Positions 17,117 through 26,535 of a DNA stretch of 64,000 bases are shown in pieces (positions within the stretch are counted from its first letter, which is position 1; every line of letters starts with the position of its first letter). Position numbers and translations under genes: made by a program. This DNA comes from Spirochaetota bacterium (GTDB taxonomy: Bacteria > Spirochaetota > UBA4802 > UBA5550): NCBI GenBank assembly GCA_050298055.1, contig JBNKTL010000023.1, forward strand, positions 1 through 64,000, in the 5' to 3' direction. The notes under the pieces are model-generated. The model was not told where the DNA came from, did not search any database, and was given only the letters and a program-made list of their open reading frames with translations.

Positions 17117-18007
17117 TTATACCCAGTGACACCGGTACTCCTTTCTCAGGGACTGCCGGGAAAAGGTCACATGGGGGTAACCCAGCACAAGGACTGCATG
17201 CACTCTGTTCTTTTCGGGGATGCCGATCCCGGTTTTAATCTTTTTTGTCCTGTTCATGACCTCGGAGGCATAACCGATATAACAGGTCCCCAGTCCCAGG
17301 CTGTGGGCCAGAAGAGCAATATTGTATGAAGCGTACTGGGCATCCTCAACGGGCAGGCTCCCCTCCATACTGCTGTGGACAATTATCAGCGCCGGGGCCC
17401 CGTGGAAGAGGAGGTCTCTTCCTTTTCCCGCCTCCGCCAATCCATACTCCACAGATTCATAGTGGTCCCTGTAGTATTTGATTATTGCTCTCCCGGCAAT
17501 AAAAACCGAGAGGTACCTGAGAAGGGGATTTGCCGCAACCCGGTTCAGTTTCCTGAAGGAGTTTCCGATACCTTCGGCCAGGCCGTTAACCTTCTCCCTG
17601 CTGTTAAGTACAGTAAATTCCCAGGACTGGCAGTTGCTCCCGGAAGGGGCCGTAACCGCCACCTCCACCAGGTCCCTCAGCATGCTGTCAGGGACCTCCT
17701 TCTCGAGAAACTTCCGGGTACTTCTCCGGGACCTGAGGAGATTGACCAGCAGCTCCGGGCTGAACTCCCCCGGCAGTATCAGTTTCTCTCTGTAGGGAAA
17801 ACTCCCCATGGCAATCTCCCTGAGGACCCCGTTGAATCCTACAGCATCAAATCTGCACACCGCGTAACAGTGGGAACAGAGGATACATCCCTCATCTTCA
17901 ACTTCCAGCCTGTCCTTTTTTATGTTCAGAACCGCACCGGGACAGATTTCAGTGCATTTCCCGCAAAGGGTGCATTTGGCGCCGTCTATTGTCGGTTTAT
18001 TTGCCAC
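17117..18007 (-). CDS. 4Fe-4S ferredoxin fused to nitroreductase-family domain
   Basis: N-terminal CTLCGKCTEICP and CILCSHCYAVC dicluster motifs followed by a nitroreductase-like fold. Overlaps the upstream gene by 11 nt (operon). Confidence 0.8.
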   Translation of the reverse strand: MANKPTIDGAKCTLCGKCTEICPGAVLNIKKDRLEVEDEGCILCSHCYAVCRFDAVGFNGVLREIAMGSFPYREKLILPGEFSPELLVNLLRSRRSTRKFLEKEVPDSMLRDLVEVAVTAPSGSNCQSWEFTVLNSREKVNGLAEGIGNSFRKLNRVAANPLLRYLSVFIAGRAIIKYYRDHYESVEYGLAEAGKGRDLLFHGAPALIIVHSSMEGSLPVEDAQYASYNIALLAHSLGLGTCYIGYASEVMNRTKKIKTGIGIPEKNRVHAVLVLGYPHVTFSRQSLRKEYRCHWV

Positions 18008-19136
18008 GGACGATTTTCCTCCTGTGCAGCTTCACCGCGATAAAAGCCGTAGCGGGAATGGATATGAACATGCCGAGGCTGCCGATGACCGATTTCACGA
18101 TCTCGTTGAGTACCGGGTTGTAGTTCAAAACCATCCAGAAGGGCATTCCCGGTTCGAGCTTCATGGATATGAGGAGGATCAGGGAGATAGAGCTTCCCAC
18201 GTAAGCGAGGATCAGGGTGTTGACCATCGATCCCAGTATATCGGTACCGATATTCAGCACCGACCTGAAGGCCTCCTTTTCCGACAGTCCGGGGTTCGCG
18301 TTAAAGATCTCCGTTGTTGATGAAGCAATGGATATGCAGATATCCATGATGGCGCCCAGGGCAGCGATGATCATTCCCGAAAGGGCAAGCCCTTTCAGGT
18401 TGATTGTGATATCCGATGCGTAAAAAACCGTGAGCATCTCGTTGGTAATGATACCGGAAAGATGCATCATCATCCCGAATATAAGGGCAAGGATAAAGGA
18501 GAAGAGAACACCCGCGGCAGCGCCCAGTATCGCAGCGAGAGTTTTCAGTGTAAATCCCGCGATGACGGGGAGAGTGATAATTATTGATATAATGGAGATA
18601 GCAACGGCAATAGGGAGGGGGGAATACCCCTTCAGTGTCATGGGGATAAGGACCAGGAAGAGAAGAACAACGGTTGCCGCAAGGGCAAGCATGGATGCCA
18701 CCCCCTTGAGCCTGCCGATAATCACCACCGCGGTTACCATGAGGATGAGCATAATGATGATATAGTTGGAATTGTCTACGTCATATATGGAGATAAATTC
18801 TGTTGTCCCGGCATTATCTGTTTTTGAAATCCCCACAAAGACCGTGTCCCCCTTCCGGTATGACATCTCCCCGGGCATGTCCTTTTCTCCCTTGAAAAGC
18901 GCGACCTTCTCCTGCCCTTTGAATTCACCGTCCAGTATCCGGAGATGGACCCGGGTTTCATAAAGAGACACGCCCTCACCGGCATTTACCCGTGTTTCTT
19001 CAATCTCAGTAATCTCGGCCCGGGCATAGTTCCTTTCATCAATAAATTTCCCCCGGGCGGGACCCTTGAGGAAAAAGAAAATACTGATAAACACTATTAA
19101 TACAAGCGCTGGCCTTTTCATGAGCTTGCTGTTCAT
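17997..19136 (-). CDS. YibE/F-family polytopic membrane protein
   Basis: 379 aa. N-terminal signal/TM, a periplasmic segment, then about 7 TM helices. Family call from memory. Confidence 0.65.
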   Translation of the reverse strand: MNSKLMKRPALVLIVFISIFFFLKGPARGKFIDERNYARAEITEIEETRVNAGEGVSLYETRVHLRILDGEFKGQEKVALFKGEKDMPGEMSYRKGDTVFVGISKTDNAGTTEFISIYDVDNSNYIIIMLILMVTAVVIIGRLKGVASMLALAATVVLLFLVLIPMTLKGYSPLPIAVAISIISIIITLPVIAGFTLKTLAAILGAAAGVLFSFILALIFGMMMHLSGIITNEMLTVFYASDITINLKGLALSGMIIAALGAIMDICISIASSTTEIFNANPGLSEKEAFRSVLNIGTDILGSMVNTLILAYVGSSISLILLISMKLEPGMPFWMVLNYNPVLNEIVKSVIGSLGMFISIPATAFIAVKLHRRKIVRGK

Positions 19137-19157
19137 GGGAATGAATTTTGCTCCTTT

Positions 19158-20276
19158 TTATTCTGTTGTATTTTTAACCGGCCCGTTCTTTTTGATGAAA
19201 GCGGCTATCTCCCGGGGATCGTCCGATATATGAAGCATCCTGGCATACTCCTTCCCCGCGGCCAGCTTCTCCAGAAGAGGATAGATCCCGGTGTCCGCCT
19301 GGTAACGCTTCCTGCCCAGGAAGACCATGGGACTGTAATAACCGTAGGTCCCGTAGTGGTTTTGGGTCGCGTCCATGAAGATCTCCTGTGTTGTCCCGGC
19401 GCTCCCCGGGGCGTAGATCACACCATAGAGGCTGATGGCAAGGAGGGTGTCCTCCCTTATGCTGTTGGAAAAATACTTGGCAATATGTGTGGCAAAGAGG
19501 TTGCTCGGTTCATGTCCGTAAAACCATGTGGGTATGGCGAGGTTCTCCCTGCCCTGCGGATAGTTGTCCAGCACCTCCCGGGCCTTTTCAATAAACATCT
19601 TATGGTTATATGAAGGAGCGTCCCGAAGAATTTTTATGGCCCGGTGAAGGTCTTCTTCCTTCCGGCCGGACATATAGGCGCCGAGATTGGCCGCTTCCAT
19701 GATACCGGGCCCTCCTCCCGACGTCACGAAAAATCCGCCGGAAGCCAGGCAGTAAGCGGCAACGGCGGCTTTCTCATAAAAGGGATCGGTTCTCAGGACG
19801 GAGTGCCCTCCCATTATCCCCACGCATTTTTTCCCGGTCATGCCGTCGTTTTTCATCTCTATGAGGTCCCTCAGGGACTCATCAACCGCGTGATCGTGAA
19901 TTCTCTGTGCCAGGGCCTCGATGATATCCGGGTTGTTCCTGCTCTTTGAAAAGTGCCGGTATATCTTCAGGTCGGCGCTCCTGTCGTTTTCGAAGCTGTA
20001 CCCCTCCATAAGTTCCTGCCAGGTATAGAGCTCCTTCCTGTAAGGATTGTAGGGGAGTCCTTCCATTGCCGGGTAGATTATCCCCCCCTTTTTTCTCACG
20101 AGTATCTCATCCTCTTCGGAAAAACTGCACCCCAGGAAAACCGTGTTATTCACTGAATAGTCATTCCAGTTTATACCTGCATCATTGAGGTCAATATTTA
20201 TTAACGTCATACCTGAAAAATCAGGTGGGATAGATTTCAGTTCTTCGATGGTTTTAATTTCCCGTGATTTTACCAT
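19158..20276 (-). CDS. LOG-family (TIGR00730, PpnN/YgdH-like) nucleotide 5'-monophosphate nucleosidase with N-terminal extension
   Basis: GGHSVLRTDPFYEKAAVAAYCLASGGFFVTSGGGPGIMEAANLGAY is a LOG Rossmann signature. A ~140-aa N-terminal extra domain, as in PpnN. Confidence 0.75.
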   Translation of the reverse strand: MVKSREIKTIEELKSIPPDFSGMTLINIDLNDAGINWNDYSVNNTVFLGCSFSEEDEILVRKKGGIIYPAMEGLPYNPYRKELYTWQELMEGYSFENDRSADLKIYRHFSKSRNNPDIIEALAQRIHDHAVDESLRDLIEMKNDGMTGKKCVGIMGGHSVLRTDPFYEKAAVAAYCLASGGFFVTSGGGPGIMEAANLGAYMSGRKEEDLHRAIKILRDAPSYNHKMFIEKAREVLDNYPQGRENLAIPTWFYGHEPSNLFATHIAKYFSNSIREDTLLAISLYGVIYAPGSAGTTQEIFMDATQNHYGTYGYYSPMVFLGRKRYQADTGIYPLLEKLAAGKEYARMLHISDDPREIAAFIKKNGPVKNTTE

Positions 20277-20583
20277 ACAGTACTTGTCCCTTTTTTATAA
20301 TTTGAACGATTAATTAAGAACATTAGAAATTCCATAACTGTTCCCCTCGATACAATTCGCCGCACTTTATAAAGAGCATAAAGCAGTGTATTAATAAAGC
20401 GGCAAATCACCCGGGGAACACAACAGTTGCTCATCGAGTGATCCTGCTGCATCTCGATATACCATTTCCTAATTACAGGGAGCTGGATCGTATCGAGATG
20501 AGCCACGCTGCGCTCGCTGTGACAGGTATAAGGAAGATTTTTTCTTAACCCGGAACGTGAAACACGGAACCCGAAACTTTTTA

Positions 20584-20934
20584 TTACCCCCCCGCTCTCT
20601 TCACATTAAAACCTTTGCCGGTGAGAAATTTAACGATCATCTCTACCCTGTCTCCCTGGATAACAATGGTCCCCTCTTTCACCGTGCCCCCGGTCCCGGA
20701 CTTCTGTTTCAGTTCCCTGGCCAGGTCGGAGAGGACGGTCCCGGAGGGAAGGCCGTAGATCACCGAGACCGTCTTGCCTCCCCGTCCCTTGCTCTCCCTC
20801 TGTACCCTGACCACGCCGTCTTTCAGGGACGCGGGTGTCCCGGGACTCCCGCCCTTCTTCTTTTTCTTCCCCGGGGATTTCCCTGTATCTCTCAGGTCTC
20901 CCTTTTCCGATGAATAAACGAGTTTATCTGACAT
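20584..20934 (-). CDS. SUI1/YciH translation initiation factor
   Basis: MSDKLVYSSEKG...TVSVIYGLP...GTIVIQGD is typical of YciH. Confidence 0.85.
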   Translation of the reverse strand: MSDKLVYSSEKGDLRDTGKSPGKKKKKGGSPGTPASLKDGVVRVQRESKGRGGKTVSVIYGLPSGTVLSDLARELKQKSGTGGTVKEGTIVIQGDRVEMIVKFLTGKGFNVKRAGG

Positions 20935-20943
20935 AGGAGTAAG

Positions 20944-21450
20944 CTACTTCTCAATTATGGAGTCCCACTGGCTGATCCTGTCTGAGACTGAATCGAACAG
21001 TTCTCCGGTATCACCTTCAATAGTAATACTCTCAATACCGTCACCCTGCACTATTTCGTTCACAACTTCGAAATCACAATTGCTCACCACCGATCCGAAG
21101 ACCGTGTGCTTCCCGTCGAGCCAGGGTGTGGGAACATGGGTAATGAAAAACTGGCTCCCGTTGCTATTGGGACCGGAATTTGCCATGGAGAGCTTACCCG
21201 GTTTATCGTGCTTCAGGTCTTCCCGGCATTCATCTTCAAACCTGTAGCCGGGGTTTCCTCTTCCCGTTCCGTCGGGACATCCCCCCTGTATCATGAAATC
21301 ATCTATGACCCGGTGAAATATGAGGCCGTCGTAAAATCCGTGCTGTGCAAGATTGACAAAATTTGCCACGGTCAGGGGGGTCTTGTCCGGGTAGAGGTCC
21401 AGCCTGATATCCCCTTTTACGGTTTTTATTATCGCTCGTAATGAACTCAT
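20944..21450 (-). CDS. Cyclophilin-type peptidyl-prolyl cis-trans isomerase
   Basis: [15 protein letters not shown]. Start trimmed to ATG 21450 ([20 protein letters not shown]), which is preceded by GGAGAAG. Confidence 0.9.
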   Translation of the reverse strand: MSSLRAIIKTVKGDIRLDLYPDKTPLTVANFVNLAQHGFYDGLIFHRVIDDFMIQGGCPDGTGRGNPGYRFEDECREDLKHDKPGKLSMANSGPNSNGSQFFITHVPTPWLDGKHTVFGSVVSNCDFEVVNEIVQGDGIESITIEGDTGELFDSVSDRISQWDSIIEK

Positions 21451-21610
21451 ATATCTTCTCCATCTGTTTCTATGAATTTTGGCTGTAAAGCTATCCATCG
21501 ACGGTTTTATGTCAACGAATAAAAATGAAGGCACCGGCAGACATGAGTGACTGTTTCTTAACTTACTTATCCTTATTTAATAAAAATATTTACAAGTGGT
21601 TAGTTGTTCT

Positions 21611-22237
21611 CTATTCTCCCTTTAGGATATTTTCAATTTTTTTTAAGTCAATATATTTGTCATCACCGTAATAGACACACTCAAAACCGTGACGGTTGTC
21701 CCTGACAAATATACTATAATTTTTTGTATGAAAATCAGGGACTTCTTTAATATGCTTTTCAATCATATCACGTCTTTGCTCAAATTGTTTTACCCTCTTT
21801 TTTTCTTCTTCAGTTTGTGCAAAATACGAACCCTGTTTATTGCGGGTCAGATGGGTCAGTTTGTATTGTTTTGGCAAATTATCAATGAGCTTTCTCATTA
21901 AATCATTGCCTTTTTTTATATCTTTGAGCTTTTTCTGTGACCAGCGAGGTTCAAATAAAAAACGGTAGGTAGAATAATCTTTTCGTCCGTTTTTTACATA
22001 GTTTTCGTAAAAGTATTTTTCATCTTTTATAAGCGGCAGGCTGACGCATACATAAAAATAATATTTCTTTTTACTTGTAATGAGTATTTTGTCAGCTGTT
22101 ACAGTGAGGTCCCAACCCTGGCCAATGTTTTGGTTTATTTGCTGTTGTGCTTTTTTGCTTATCAATTCCCGGGCCATCAGTGATGACGCAGAGAAAACTA
22201 TTAATAATATAAAAAATGATATATGGTGCCTCTTCAT
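21611..22237 (-). CDS. Low-GC lysine-rich secreted hypothetical protein
   Basis: Start at MKRHHISFFILLIVFSASSLMA (signal peptide, GGAG RBS). K/N/Y-rich. GC clearly below its surroundings. Confidence 0.5.
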   Translation of the reverse strand: MKRHHISFFILLIVFSASSLMARELISKKAQQQINQNIGQGWDLTVTADKILITSKKKYYFYVCVSLPLIKDEKYFYENYVKNGRKDYSTYRFLFEPRWSQKKLKDIKKGNDLMRKLIDNLPKQYKLTHLTRNKQGSYFAQTEEEKKRVKQFEQRRDMIEKHIKEVPDFHTKNYSIFVRDNRHGFECVYYGDDKYIDLKKIENILKGE

Positions 22238-22327
22238 AATAATACTCCAAATAATTGATTGATAATTAATAGTGTTCCTCATCCTTTTAATCTAAAAATA
22301 TAAAGTGGAGAAAAATATTGTCAATGC

Positions 22328-22386
22328 ATGCACTGATTCAATGGGTCACAATGCACTTTATCAGAATTTGTGCGACCGTCACGGTC
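22328..22386. repeat. Direct-repeat copy A, immediately 3' of gene 22397..22999
   Basis: Core 22351-22386 is 30/36 identical to 23095-23130. Contains the near-palindrome GACCGTCACGGTC. Confidence 0.6.
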
Positions 22387-22396
22387 CAGCATGTAA

Positions 22397-22999
22397 TCAA
22401 CCGGCCCATTCTCCATCTGCAGAGAAGATGATGCCCGGAATTCCGGCTTTTTCGACCGCTTCTTTGATCAAGTGATGGACAACGATCGCACTACAGTTTT
22501 CTGCCAATCGAAACAGTAAAAGACCTCGTGTTTTGGACTCATCGATGACCAGCGCATCGAAGTCCGTGCTATGGAGTGAAGCCCTGTTTTCGTGCGGCAT
22601 TAACACGGACCTGTCAAGGTCGGCAGCCGCTACGAGGCCGATCACATTGAAAGCAACATAGTTCGTGTGTGTGATGTTGTTCACTTCGTCCTTGAGCCGG
22701 GCGGGAAATGTTTCGAGGTTATCGACCCCGGCTGACTTTAGTGTTTCAAACAGATCAATTCGCATGACCGGAAATGCTTCCGCATCGAACAGGACTTTCG
22801 GCCTTGAGGGCGGCGTCACCGTTTCGTCTTCATCATCATCGTAAAAGGGCTCCTCCACGTCGAGTGTATAATCAAGGACATCCGGCACCGGAATCTGCAG
22901 CAATTGGCCGCGATACCACGGACCACCAGGCAAATTCGGTCCCCTGGATATGCTAACGCTGGGGTAGGGCCCCTCTCCCACCATGACATAATACGGCAT
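22397..22999 (-). CDS. Acidic small protein, paralog of 3600..4070 (uncharacterised family; immunity-like guess)
   Basis: 200 aa. GGAGG RBS. Shares the same blocks as 3600..4070 (see that entry). Flanked by direct repeats. Confidence 0.65.
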   Translation of the reverse strand: MPYYVMVGEGPYPSVSISRGPNLPGGPWYRGQLLQIPVPDVLDYTLDVEEPFYDDDEDETVTPPSRPKVLFDAEAFPVMRIDLFETLKSAGVDNLETFPARLKDEVNNITHTNYVAFNVIGLVAAADLDRSVLMPHENRASLHSTDFDALVIDESKTRGLLLFRLAENCSAIVVHHLIKEAVEKAGIPGIIFSADGEWAG

Positions 23000-23056
23000 T
23001 TTTTAATCCTCCAGTTTGCTGACGTTTTTTTATAGGAACTTTCTCCTATTATAATA

Positions 23057-23130
23057 GTATCCACTGAATGCAAACACCGCTAGAAAGGGACATACTGCAT
23101 TTTATAAGGATTTGTGAGACCGTCACGATC
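23057..23130. repeat. Direct-repeat copy B, 58-131 nt 5' of gene 22397..22999
   Basis: Aligns with copy A. Carries a ~13-nt insertion. Not part of any long ORF. Confidence 0.6.
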
Positions 23131-23504
23131 GACGATCACGGATGATCAAGTGCAGAGCGCGGACACGATGTCCAATGAGCGCTCTGCCCACCAGTAATTA
23201 AAATTTCGCGCCGCAAATCGTCCAAAAATTCTCGCCGGACCTCATCTTCTTATTATGAAATTATTAGTGCAGTGTATTTTTGTCAATTCAAGTTTATTTA
23301 ACTTATTAAGTTCCGGATTTTCTTCAAAAGAATGTTCAACTACTCTTGCCCAGGTGTGCTTTCCAGGTTTATTAATGAAGATGAACCCTCAAAACATCAC
23401 CTGGCCCTGGTCCCGGAATTCCGGTCACACCCATTACATAGCCGGTTTATCACACAATATATTTTATTGACAAATTAATTTAAATTATCCATTATTGAAG
23501 TGCT

Positions 23505-23894
23505 ATGAGTAACAGATCCGCCGATTGGTTTAAACAGGCTGAAAGGGACCTTGAACAGGCAAGGGACTCAATGAATGCCCTGAGGCATGAGTGGGCCTGT
23601 TTTGCATGCCACCAGGGGGCCGAGAAAGCCCTGAAGGCTCTGCACCTCTATTTCAACCAGGAAGCCTGGGGCCATGTTATTCGGACTCTTATTGAAGAAC
23701 TTCCCCACAGCATAAACATTCCCGAAGGATTAATCGACAAGGCGCGGGTACTTGATGCTTATTATATCCCTACACGGTATGCAAACGGGCACCCCGAAGG
23801 ATCTCCCTATGAGCATTACGGAAAAATTCAGAGCGAGGAGGCCATTAAGTATGCCGGTGAGATCATTGACTTCTGCCGTTCTCAAATGGCCTGA
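23505..23894 (+). CDS. HEPN-domain protein (toxin-like partner of a HEPN/MNT pair)
   Basis: 129 aa. All-helical. Rx4H motif (TRYANGH). Confidence 0.75.
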   Translation: MSNRSADWFKQAERDLEQARDSMNALRHEWACFACHQGAEKALKALHLYFNQEAWGHVIRTLIEELPHSINIPEGLIDKARVLDAYYIPTRYANGHPEGSPYEHYGKIQSEEAIKYAGEIIDFCRSQMA

Positions 23895-24228
23895 CCGGGA
23901 AGAAGTTCTCAGTAAGGCCGGGAAGCTTGCCTCCCGGGCGGCCGGAGCGGACAGTTCAATAGAAATGATAATAGCCTACGGTTCAATTACAGAACCCCAA
24001 CGCTGGGGAGTGGGCAGCGACCTTGATATAATACTAGTGGTCGCAGAAACAGACAGACCCTTTATAGAAAGAAGCGGTTACTATGATTTTGGTTCACCGG
24101 GAGTTCCCGTGGATATGACCGTTTATACGGTTGAAGAATTCCGGAAATTGAGGGCTGAAGGGAGGTCCCTGGCAAAAAAACTGGAAACACACTCTCTCGT
24201 CCTTTTTAAAAAATCAGGTAAATGGTGA
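23851..24228 (+). CDS. Minimal nucleotidyltransferase (MNT) protein, partner of the HEPN protein
   Basis: GSITEPQRWGVGSDLDIILVV is the GSx9-13DxD nucleotidyltransferase motif. Start placed at MPVRSL. Overlaps the HEPN ORF by 44 nt in another frame. Confidence 0.75.
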   Translation: MPVRSLTSAVLKWPDREEVLSKAGKLASRAAGADSSIEMIIAYGSITEPQRWGVGSDLDIILVVAETDRPFIERSGYYDFGSPGVPVDMTVYTVEEFRKLRAEGRSLAKKLETHSLVLFKKSGKW

Positions 24229-24340
24229 CTCAACCTTATCATTGACTTTTTCTCTCACTCATTAATATCCGTAAAAAAACTTTACAGTAAAACCACCTCA
24301 TATATACCTGCCTCAATCACCGGCGACAAGAATAAGCGTA

Positions 24341-25423
24341 TTGACAATAATGAAACTACCGGAAAACCACAGAAAAGACTTCTTCTTCCACCTCACACCT
24401 GACGTGATCATTAAATCACTGGAAGAGTGCGGCTTTGAGCCAACGGGGCACTGCATGGCATTGAACAGCTATGAGAACCGTGTCTACGACCTGAAGCTTG
24501 AAGACGGGTCACATGTTGTGACCAAGTTCTACAGGCCGGGAAGATGGAGCAGGGAACAGATAGAGGAGGAGCACAGGTTTATCCTTGACCTCCAGGATGA
24601 CGAGATACCTGTCTGCGCTCCCCTTTTTATCGATGAAGATAAAACGATCAGGGAGATCGAGGGGATATACTACGCGGTCTGGCCCCGTACCGGGGGAAGA
24701 AGCGCCGACGAGTTTTCCGACCAGCAGCTGGAAGTCCTGGGGAGGCTCCTTGCCCGGATCCACAACATGGGGGCGGTAAAAAACGCGGACCACCGCATCA
24801 GCCTCACTTCGGATAACTACGCGCGGCAGCCGCTGCAGTTTCTTCTGGAGAATAATTTTCTTCCCGCTCACTGCAGGGAGAGGTTCGAAAGCGCTGTTAA
24901 TGAAGTTGCGGATATCTACGACATCCTGAGTAAAGATGTACCCTTTCACAGGATCCATGGAGACTGTCATCCGGGGAACCTCCTCTCCGGGGACCGGGGA
25001 TGGTTCTTCCTGGACTTTGATGATTTTCTCACCGGCCCGGCGGTCCAGGATGTCTGGATGCTGGTCCCGGCCCGGGACCCCGAAGGGCTTCGCCAGCGGG
25101 AGGTATTTCTCAATGCCTACAGGCAGTTCAGGGACTTCGAGGATTCATGGCTGAAGCTGGTGGAACCGCTCAGGTCCCTGAGATTCATCTGGTACGCGGG
25201 ATGGATTGCCCGGCGATGGGAAGACCCTGCTTTTCCCGCGGCTTTCCCCCACTTCGGGACACCGGAGTTCTGGGAGGACGAGACCGCCGACCTGGAGGAC
25301 CAGCTCGACCTGATTCACCAGCGAAGCGAAGAACTCCCGGAATCTCTCAGGCGTGATGACGCGGATGAAGAAGAAAAGGAGGAACTCTCCAACAAGGATT
25401 TCTTCTGGGACTGGGAAGACTAG
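24341..25423 (+). CDS. RdoA/SrkA-type stress-response protein kinase
   Basis: HGDCHPGNLL catalytic loop and DFDD motif. 360 aa. Confidence 0.8.
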   Translation: MTIMKLPENHRKDFFFHLTPDVIIKSLEECGFEPTGHCMALNSYENRVYDLKLEDGSHVVTKFYRPGRWSREQIEEEHRFILDLQDDEIPVCAPLFIDEDKTIREIEGIYYAVWPRTGGRSADEFSDQQLEVLGRLLARIHNMGAVKNADHRISLTSDNYARQPLQFLLENNFLPAHCRERFESAVNEVADIYDILSKDVPFHRIHGDCHPGNLLSGDRGWFFLDFDDFLTGPAVQDVWMLVPARDPEGLRQREVFLNAYRQFRDFEDSWLKLVEPLRSLRFIWYAGWIARRWEDPAFPAAFPHFGTPEFWEDETADLEDQLDLIHQRSEELPESLRRDDADEEEKEELSNKDFFWDWED

Positions 25424-26325
25424 AGAAGGGAAGAGATATATCCGAACGTCTCGGCAAGGCTCCCCAGTGTCCGTGAGTTTTCCAGTGAGGTGATCTTCTC
25501 CCAGTTATCCCTGATCTCTTCGGCGGTGATCTCCCTTTTCCCGTCCCCCAGGAGAACGCCCCCGGCGCACATAACGGCTGTCCGGCTGTACCACCCGCCG
25601 AGACAGTTGAAGATCATGTTTCTCTCCCTGTTCTCTTCAGAAGCAAGGTAAAGGACCAGGGGGGTGATGAACTCCGGTTTGACCCTCTCCTTGAGATTTC
25701 CCGGCAGGATATTTTCGGTCATCCTCGTATGGGCGGCGGGAGCGATTGTATTGCAGAGGATATCGTACTTTGCCGTCTCCACCCCCAGAACATTCATAAA
25801 TCCCACAAGGCCCATCTTCGCCGCGCCGTAATTTGCCTGGCCGAAGTTACCGTAGAGCCCGGAACCGGAGGAGGTCAGGATGATCCTCCCGTAGTTCTTC
25901 TCCTTCATATGGGCAAGGGCGGGTTTCGTGACGCAGAATGCACCCCTGAGATGTACCTCCTGGACCCGGTCCCAGTCCTCTATTGTCATCTTCCCCAGGG
26001 AGCTGTCCCTGATGATCCCGGCATTGTTGATCAGGACATCCACCGTACCAAATTCATCAACGGCCTGTTTGATGATACTTTCGCCCCCTTCAGGGGTGGC
26101 AACAGTATCGTAGCTGGAAATCGCCTTCCCCCCTGCTTCTCTGATCTCCGCAACAACATTGTCCGCGGGTTTATTGTCGCTCCCGGACCCGTCAACGCCC
26201 TTTCCCGGGTCGTTAACCAGGACAGCAGCTCCCCGTCCGGCCAGGGCCAGGGCATAGAGACGGCCCAGTCCGGCGCCTCCCCCGGTGACAACGGCAACTT
26301 TGTTTTCAAAATTAATATCTGACAT
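25420..26325 (-). CDS. Short-chain dehydrogenase/reductase (3-hydroxyacyl-CoA dehydrogenase-like SDR)
   Basis: VAVVTGGGAGLGRLYALALAGRGAAVLVND Rossmann motif. NNAG and Yx3K motifs present. Confidence 0.85.
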   Translation of the reverse strand: MSDINFENKVAVVTGGGAGLGRLYALALAGRGAAVLVNDPGKGVDGSGSDNKPADNVVAEIREAGGKAISSYDTVATPEGGESIIKQAVDEFGTVDVLINNAGIIRDSSLGKMTIEDWDRVQEVHLRGAFCVTKPALAHMKEKNYGRIILTSSGSGLYGNFGQANYGAAKMGLVGFMNVLGVETAKYDILCNTIAPAAHTRMTENILPGNLKERVKPEFITPLVLYLASEENRERNMIFNCLGGWYSRTAVMCAGGVLLGDGKREITAEEIRDNWEKITSLENSRTLGSLAETFGYISSLL

Positions 26326-26362
26326 GACTCCTCCTCTCTTAAGAAATGTTTATGGTCACCTC

Positions 26363-26412
26363 TAAAAACCGGTAGTTACCAAATTCCCAAATATCATAAC
26401 TACCGGTTTTAT
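26363..26412 (-). terminator. Long hairpin terminator after the AOR gene
   Basis: AAAACCGGTAGTTA ... TAACTACCGGTTTT 14-bp stem, followed by a T-run on the minus strand. Confidence 0.55.
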
Positions 26413-26535
26413 CGGGATGTCAAGACCTTATCGAAATTTCCCCATTCGGGAAGATTGCGGCAGGAAGCACCGGATCGAAAATACGTAATTCTCAGAAAAA
26501 CCATTGATTTAATTGGGGAAATAACCGGAGATAAA

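Noticed and set aside
23095-23160. Possibility that the upstream direct repeat is the 3' end of a truncated toxin gene preceding the immunity-like paralog
   Set aside because: Translating the minus strand through the repeat gives only SSVIVDRDGLTNPYKMQYVPF after an in-frame TGA. No extended ORF, so the similarity is at DNA level.
25729-26322. 197-aa plus-strand ORF overlapping the SDR gene
   Set aside because: Antisense to a gene with clear Rossmann and NNAG/YxxxK motifs.
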